DNA of 64,000 nucleotides from Escherichia coli (GTDB lineage Bacteria; Pseudomonadota; Gammaproteobacteria; Enterobacterales; Enterobacteriaceae): NCBI RefSeq assembly GCF_003018255.1, contig NZ_CP027440.1; one strand, 5' to 3'. Shown piece by piece: positions 60,850 to 64,000 of this stretch (position 1 is its first letter; each line of letters starts with the position of its first letter). The notes under the pieces were generated by a model. It saw only the letters and a program-made list of their open reading frames with translations, ran no database searches and was not told where the DNA came from. The position numbers and the translations under genes were made by a program.

Positions 60850-63450
60850 TTACTGTATCTGACAACGAAGTCCGTTCAGAATAATAGATTGCGCTATTTT
60901 TTCTGATGTCGTGTTTTGTTGGTAATGAGCAAAACAACTGACTGGTTTGCCCTCTTCAATCCAGGTAATTCGTATATTTCCTTCCTGCCCGATACCGCGA
61001 ACAAAGGCCTGACCACCCTGACCTACGTTGCCGATGATATTGTTTTGTTCATCATAAATATCCGCTGCAAATGGAATATTTTTACCATCGCTTCGCACGA
61101 TATTCATAATTGCCGATTGTCCCTGAACTGTTTCAAAATCAGCAAAGACGACGGCTCCCTGGCGCGGGACGGCGACAGTACTGGTGCTTTTCAATTCAAC
61201 ATCGTTTTCCAGATCGTTAATGTCCAGTGCGATACGGTTTTCATGGTATGGCGAAAGGGCGCTGGTCACACCATAACCCCAGCGGTCTACGGTGCTGTTT
61301 CCGTAGTTAATACGAGCGCCTTTTGCTCCTGGCGCCTGAATGACAGCCAGAGTGTCGGAATCACTAAAACTGTCATTACTGAACGTCAGCCCGCCGCTAT
61401 GTAACACAAATCCACCATCAGTATTGAGTGAGAATTGGCGACTATTATCACTGCTTGCTGAGGCTGAACCTGACAGAGTTCCCCACGGCGATTCATAACT
61501 GGCATAACCGCCGATATAACTCAGGTCATCACTGGATTTATTCATCATATAACCCGTGTTTACGCTGTAGCTGATGCGATTGGTATCGCTGTAACCACTA
61601 CTGCTGATATTGAGTTGGTTATTACCCTTAAAGTCGCTGTTTAATTGTGTATCAATACTCTGGAAGCCGGAGCTGCGGTGTTCCGTACCCAGTAAATTTT
61701 CTATTGGAATCGTGAAGCTGAGATAAATGCTATCGTCGGTTTGACCATCTTCATTCAACGAACGTTGAGCACTGATACTGTAACTGCCCCAGGACGCACT
61801 ATTGCTATAACCAATAGAGTAATTAGTACTGTTTTGCCCGGAGGCCCAGTAATCTGACCAGCTTCCCGAGAGATAAAATGAACCGTAATCCTTTTTCTCA
61901 AATTTCAGCGGTTGGTTGATACTGACCGTGACCTGATTTTTCATGCGCGAGTAATTGCGCATGGATTTAGGCTCAAGATCTTGCTCAGGATGTTCTACTT
62001 CATCAATCAGCGTCAGCGCATCATTGAGGCCCAGATAATGCTGGGTGGAGTAGCGATAGGCCGCGATATTTAATGATGTACTGGTATTTTCAAATAACTT
62101 GTTCCAGGAAATACGGTAGCTTTGTCCTTGATAGGTTTTATCGTCCGGAATGCTGACATTTGAGTGAGTAACATCGACAGAAAAAGCCCCCACGGGGGTA
62201 TTCATACCAAGCCCCAGCAATCCGGCGGTATAGTTATTATCAGTTAGCTGAATACCGGTATATCCTGTCAGGTAGTTATTCAAACCATAGTAGTAGCTGG
62301 CTTGAAATAAATTAGGCTCATCCTGGATACTGTCTTTTAAAACCTGACCGGCGCTAATATCCCAGCGACCAACGCCAGGGCGCAGCATTTGCACAACAGA
62401 TGAAAATGGCTGGGAGAACGTCCGTTTTGTGCCATCAGCTTCTTCGATAGTCACAATGAGATCACTGCCATAACCTGACGGGCTAAGATCATCAATGGCA
62501 AAGGCCCCTGGCGGCACCGTCGTTTCATAGATTTTATAACCATTTTGCATAACGGTTACTTTGGCATTGGTATTCGCTACGCCATGAATGATTGGCGCAA
62601 AACTGGCTAATACCGGAGGCAGCATTCGACTGTCACTGTATAAGCGAATACCGCGAATGCTGACTGAATCGAAGGTCTCGCCGGTCGTGTAAGATTCACC
62701 AATAACCAGTTGTGAACGTAGTGACGCAAGATCGCGTTGTAAATAGCGATTCTGAAAATCATAATCACTATGGACATTGGTCATCCAGTTGTAGTTACCT
62801 GAGGCACGTAACCGCCACGCGCCTAAGTTTATCCCACCGTTGAATGCCGCATAGATACTGTCATTTGTTCTGCCTGGACTTTCACTGTGATATCCATTGA
62901 GGTTGTAGGAAAGCATGGCTGCATTAATGCCATTTTCCCACAAAGAGGGATCAACATAGTTTTGATAATTCTTCATAATCCATGCCTGGGGGACGTCGAT
63001 ATCCAGGCGTTGATCGTTAACATCGTAACGAATGGATGATTGAGGGATCATTTCAGCCAGATTGAGGCAATCACCAAGATCTTCGTCTCGCTTAAGCAAA
63101 ATGGCTTTTTCGCTATTCTTGTCTGGTGAACTGATATGAAATTGCAATAAATTTTTCTGCGTAATGCAGGCCTGAGCGTTCTTTTTACCTTCAATAACAG
63201 TAAAAGCAATGCTTTGGCTCATGATAGGTTGATCGTTAACATACACACTGACATCGTAAATGCCTGGTAGTGTCGGGTTGCCTTCTGTATACCGACTAAG
63301 GTCGATATTTGAAGCATCCTTTCCCATCAGAAATGTATGGTCATATTCGACGAGTTCAGCGCATAAAGCACTGTTGCTATACAGCAGCGCGCAAAACGTG
63401 GCGATGCGGGTAAGGTGATTATGATATTTTTTAGTGGATTTAATAGTCAC
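60850..63450 (-). CDS. htrE: Outer membrane fimbrial usher HtrE, GTG start
   Basis: 866 codons from GTG at 63450 (VTIKSTKKYHNHLTRIATFCALLYSNSALCAELVEY) preceded by AGGAAG RBS; ORF track start 63567 is an upstream extension. Confidence 0.9.
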   Translation of the reverse strand: MTIKSTKKYHNHLTRIATFCALLYSNSALCAELVEYDHTFLMGKDASNIDLSRYTEGNPTLPGIYDVSVYVNDQPIMSQSIAFTVIEGKKNAQACITQKNLLQFHISSPDKNSEKAILLKRDEDLGDCLNLAEMIPQSSIRYDVNDQRLDIDVPQAWIMKNYQNYVDPSLWENGINAAMLSYNLNGYHSESPGRTNDSIYAAFNGGINLGAWRLRASGNYNWMTNVHSDYDFQNRYLQRDLASLRSQLVIGESYTTGETFDSVSIRGIRLYSDSRMLPPVLASFAPIIHGVANTNAKVTVMQNGYKIYETTVPPGAFAIDDLSPSGYGSDLIVTIEEADGTKRTFSQPFSSVVQMLRPGVGRWDISAGQVLKDSIQDEPNLFQASYYYGLNNYLTGYTGIQLTDNNYTAGLLGLGMNTPVGAFSVDVTHSNVSIPDDKTYQGQSYRISWNKLFENTSTSLNIAAYRYSTQHYLGLNDALTLIDEVEHPEQDLEPKSMRNYSRMKNQVTVSINQPLKFEKKDYGSFYLSGSWSDYWASGQNSTNYSIGYSNSASWGSYSISAQRSLNEDGQTDDSIYLSFTIPIENLLGTEHRSSGFQSIDTQLNSDFKGNNQLNISSSGYSDTNRISYSVNTGYMMNKSSDDLSYIGGYASYESPWGTLSGSASASSDNSRQFSLNTDGGFVLHSGGLTFSNDSFSDSDTLAVIQAPGAKGARINYGNSTVDRWGYGVTSALSPYHENRIALDINDLENDVELKSTSTVAVPRQGAVVFADFETVQGQSAIMNIVRSDGKNIPFAADIYDEQNNIIGNVGQGGQAFVRGIGQEGNIRITWIEEGKPVSCFAHYQQNTTSEKIAQSIILNGLRCQIQ

Positions 63451-63484
63451 GTTCTGCTTCCTGCTGTGGTATATCCTTGCCAGA

Positions 63485-64000
63485 TTAAAGGTTGGCGTTG
63501 CCTTCAATAGAGCCGCCAAAATCATTAATGGCGAAAAAATGCACTTTTGCAGAGCTTGTTCTGCCACTCATCCCATTTACCTTGATGACGTCGTTACTGA
63601 ACGGCGCAATCATTTTCACATCCAGGGGATAGCGTTTGCCGTTGGCTTCTAAATCACCACTGCTAAAAGAGACATAGTAGGGCGTAGGGTTATCAACGCG
63701 TAATGCCGCTTTGCCTTCAGATGTTGCCCAGGACCACTTCAGAGCCAATGGCGCATCAGATGGAATTCCACTCAATCCTTCCGGGCGATAGAACAGTTTT
63801 ATACGTGTACGAAATGCCAGTTGTAGCAGGCTTTGATTTGCTGCTTTTGCTGCATCGGGTTTTGGTGGAACTTCCAGTACGTTAAACCAGAACACACTTT
63901 CTCTGTCTTTTGGCAGAGCACTACTGGCGGTGTACATCAGTTTGATTGTTTGGCCACGTTTAGCATCAATACGTGATACTGGTGGCGTAGCGGTAAAGGG
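63485..64000 (-). CDS. yadV: Periplasmic fimbrial chaperone YadV/EcpD (PapD family), N-terminal part beyond window end
   Basis: C-terminal 150 aa visible; placed by synteny upstream of usher htrE; gene expected to extend past nt 64000. Confidence 0.85.
   Translation of the reverse strand, partial: PFTATPPVSRIDAKRGQTIKLMYTASSALPKDRESVFWFNVLEVPPKPDAAKAANQSLLQLAFRTRIKLFYRPEGLSGIPSDAPLALKWSWATSEGKAALRVDNPTPYYVSFSSGDLEANGKRYPLDVKMIAPFSNDVIKVNGMSGRTSSAKVHFFAINDFGGSIEGNANL

Overview
This window is an Escherichia coli-type core chromosome segment (the ~2-4 min region of the K-12 map) with one clear accessory insertion. The core runs: distal dcw cell-division/cell-wall cluster (mraY partial, murD, ftsW, murG, murC, ddlB, ftsQ, ftsA, ftsZ, lpxC), secM-secA-mutT, yacG-zapD-coaE (minus), guaC, the cryptic type IV pilus genes hofC-hofB-ppdD (minus), nadC, ampD-ampE, aroP, then pdhR-aceE-aceF-lpd, yacH, acnB, yacL, speD-speE, yacC, cueO, gcd, hpt, can, yadG-yadH-yadI-yadE, panD, rpnC (yadD), panC-panB and the yad chaperone-usher fimbrial operon (yadC-yadK-yadL-yadM-htrE-yadV partial). 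The standout is a ~4 kb AT-rich insertion between aroP and pdhR (about 25.5-29.4 kb). It encodes a 593-aa protein with an N-terminal Hcp (type VI secretion tube) domain, a Pro-rich linker and pyocin-S-like middle region, and a C-terminal colicin E-type HNH DNase domain, followed by a translationally coupled colicin-Im-type immunity gene. Two further tandem ~690-bp cassettes each carry an orphan DNase C-terminal fragment plus its own divergent immunity gene; the last orphan toxin fragment is frameshifted and has lost catalytic histidines while its immunity gene is intact. No T6SS structural genes lie in the window. This matches the Hcp 'extended toxin' effector class as I recall it from the literature; the tandem orphan array and the aroP-pdhR insertion site are what I would follow up. 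A second point of interest is a duplicated, frameshifted copy of the rpnC C-terminal tail with a different short tandem repeat. All calls are from reading the sequence and the six-frame ORF track against remembered protein families; no searches were run.
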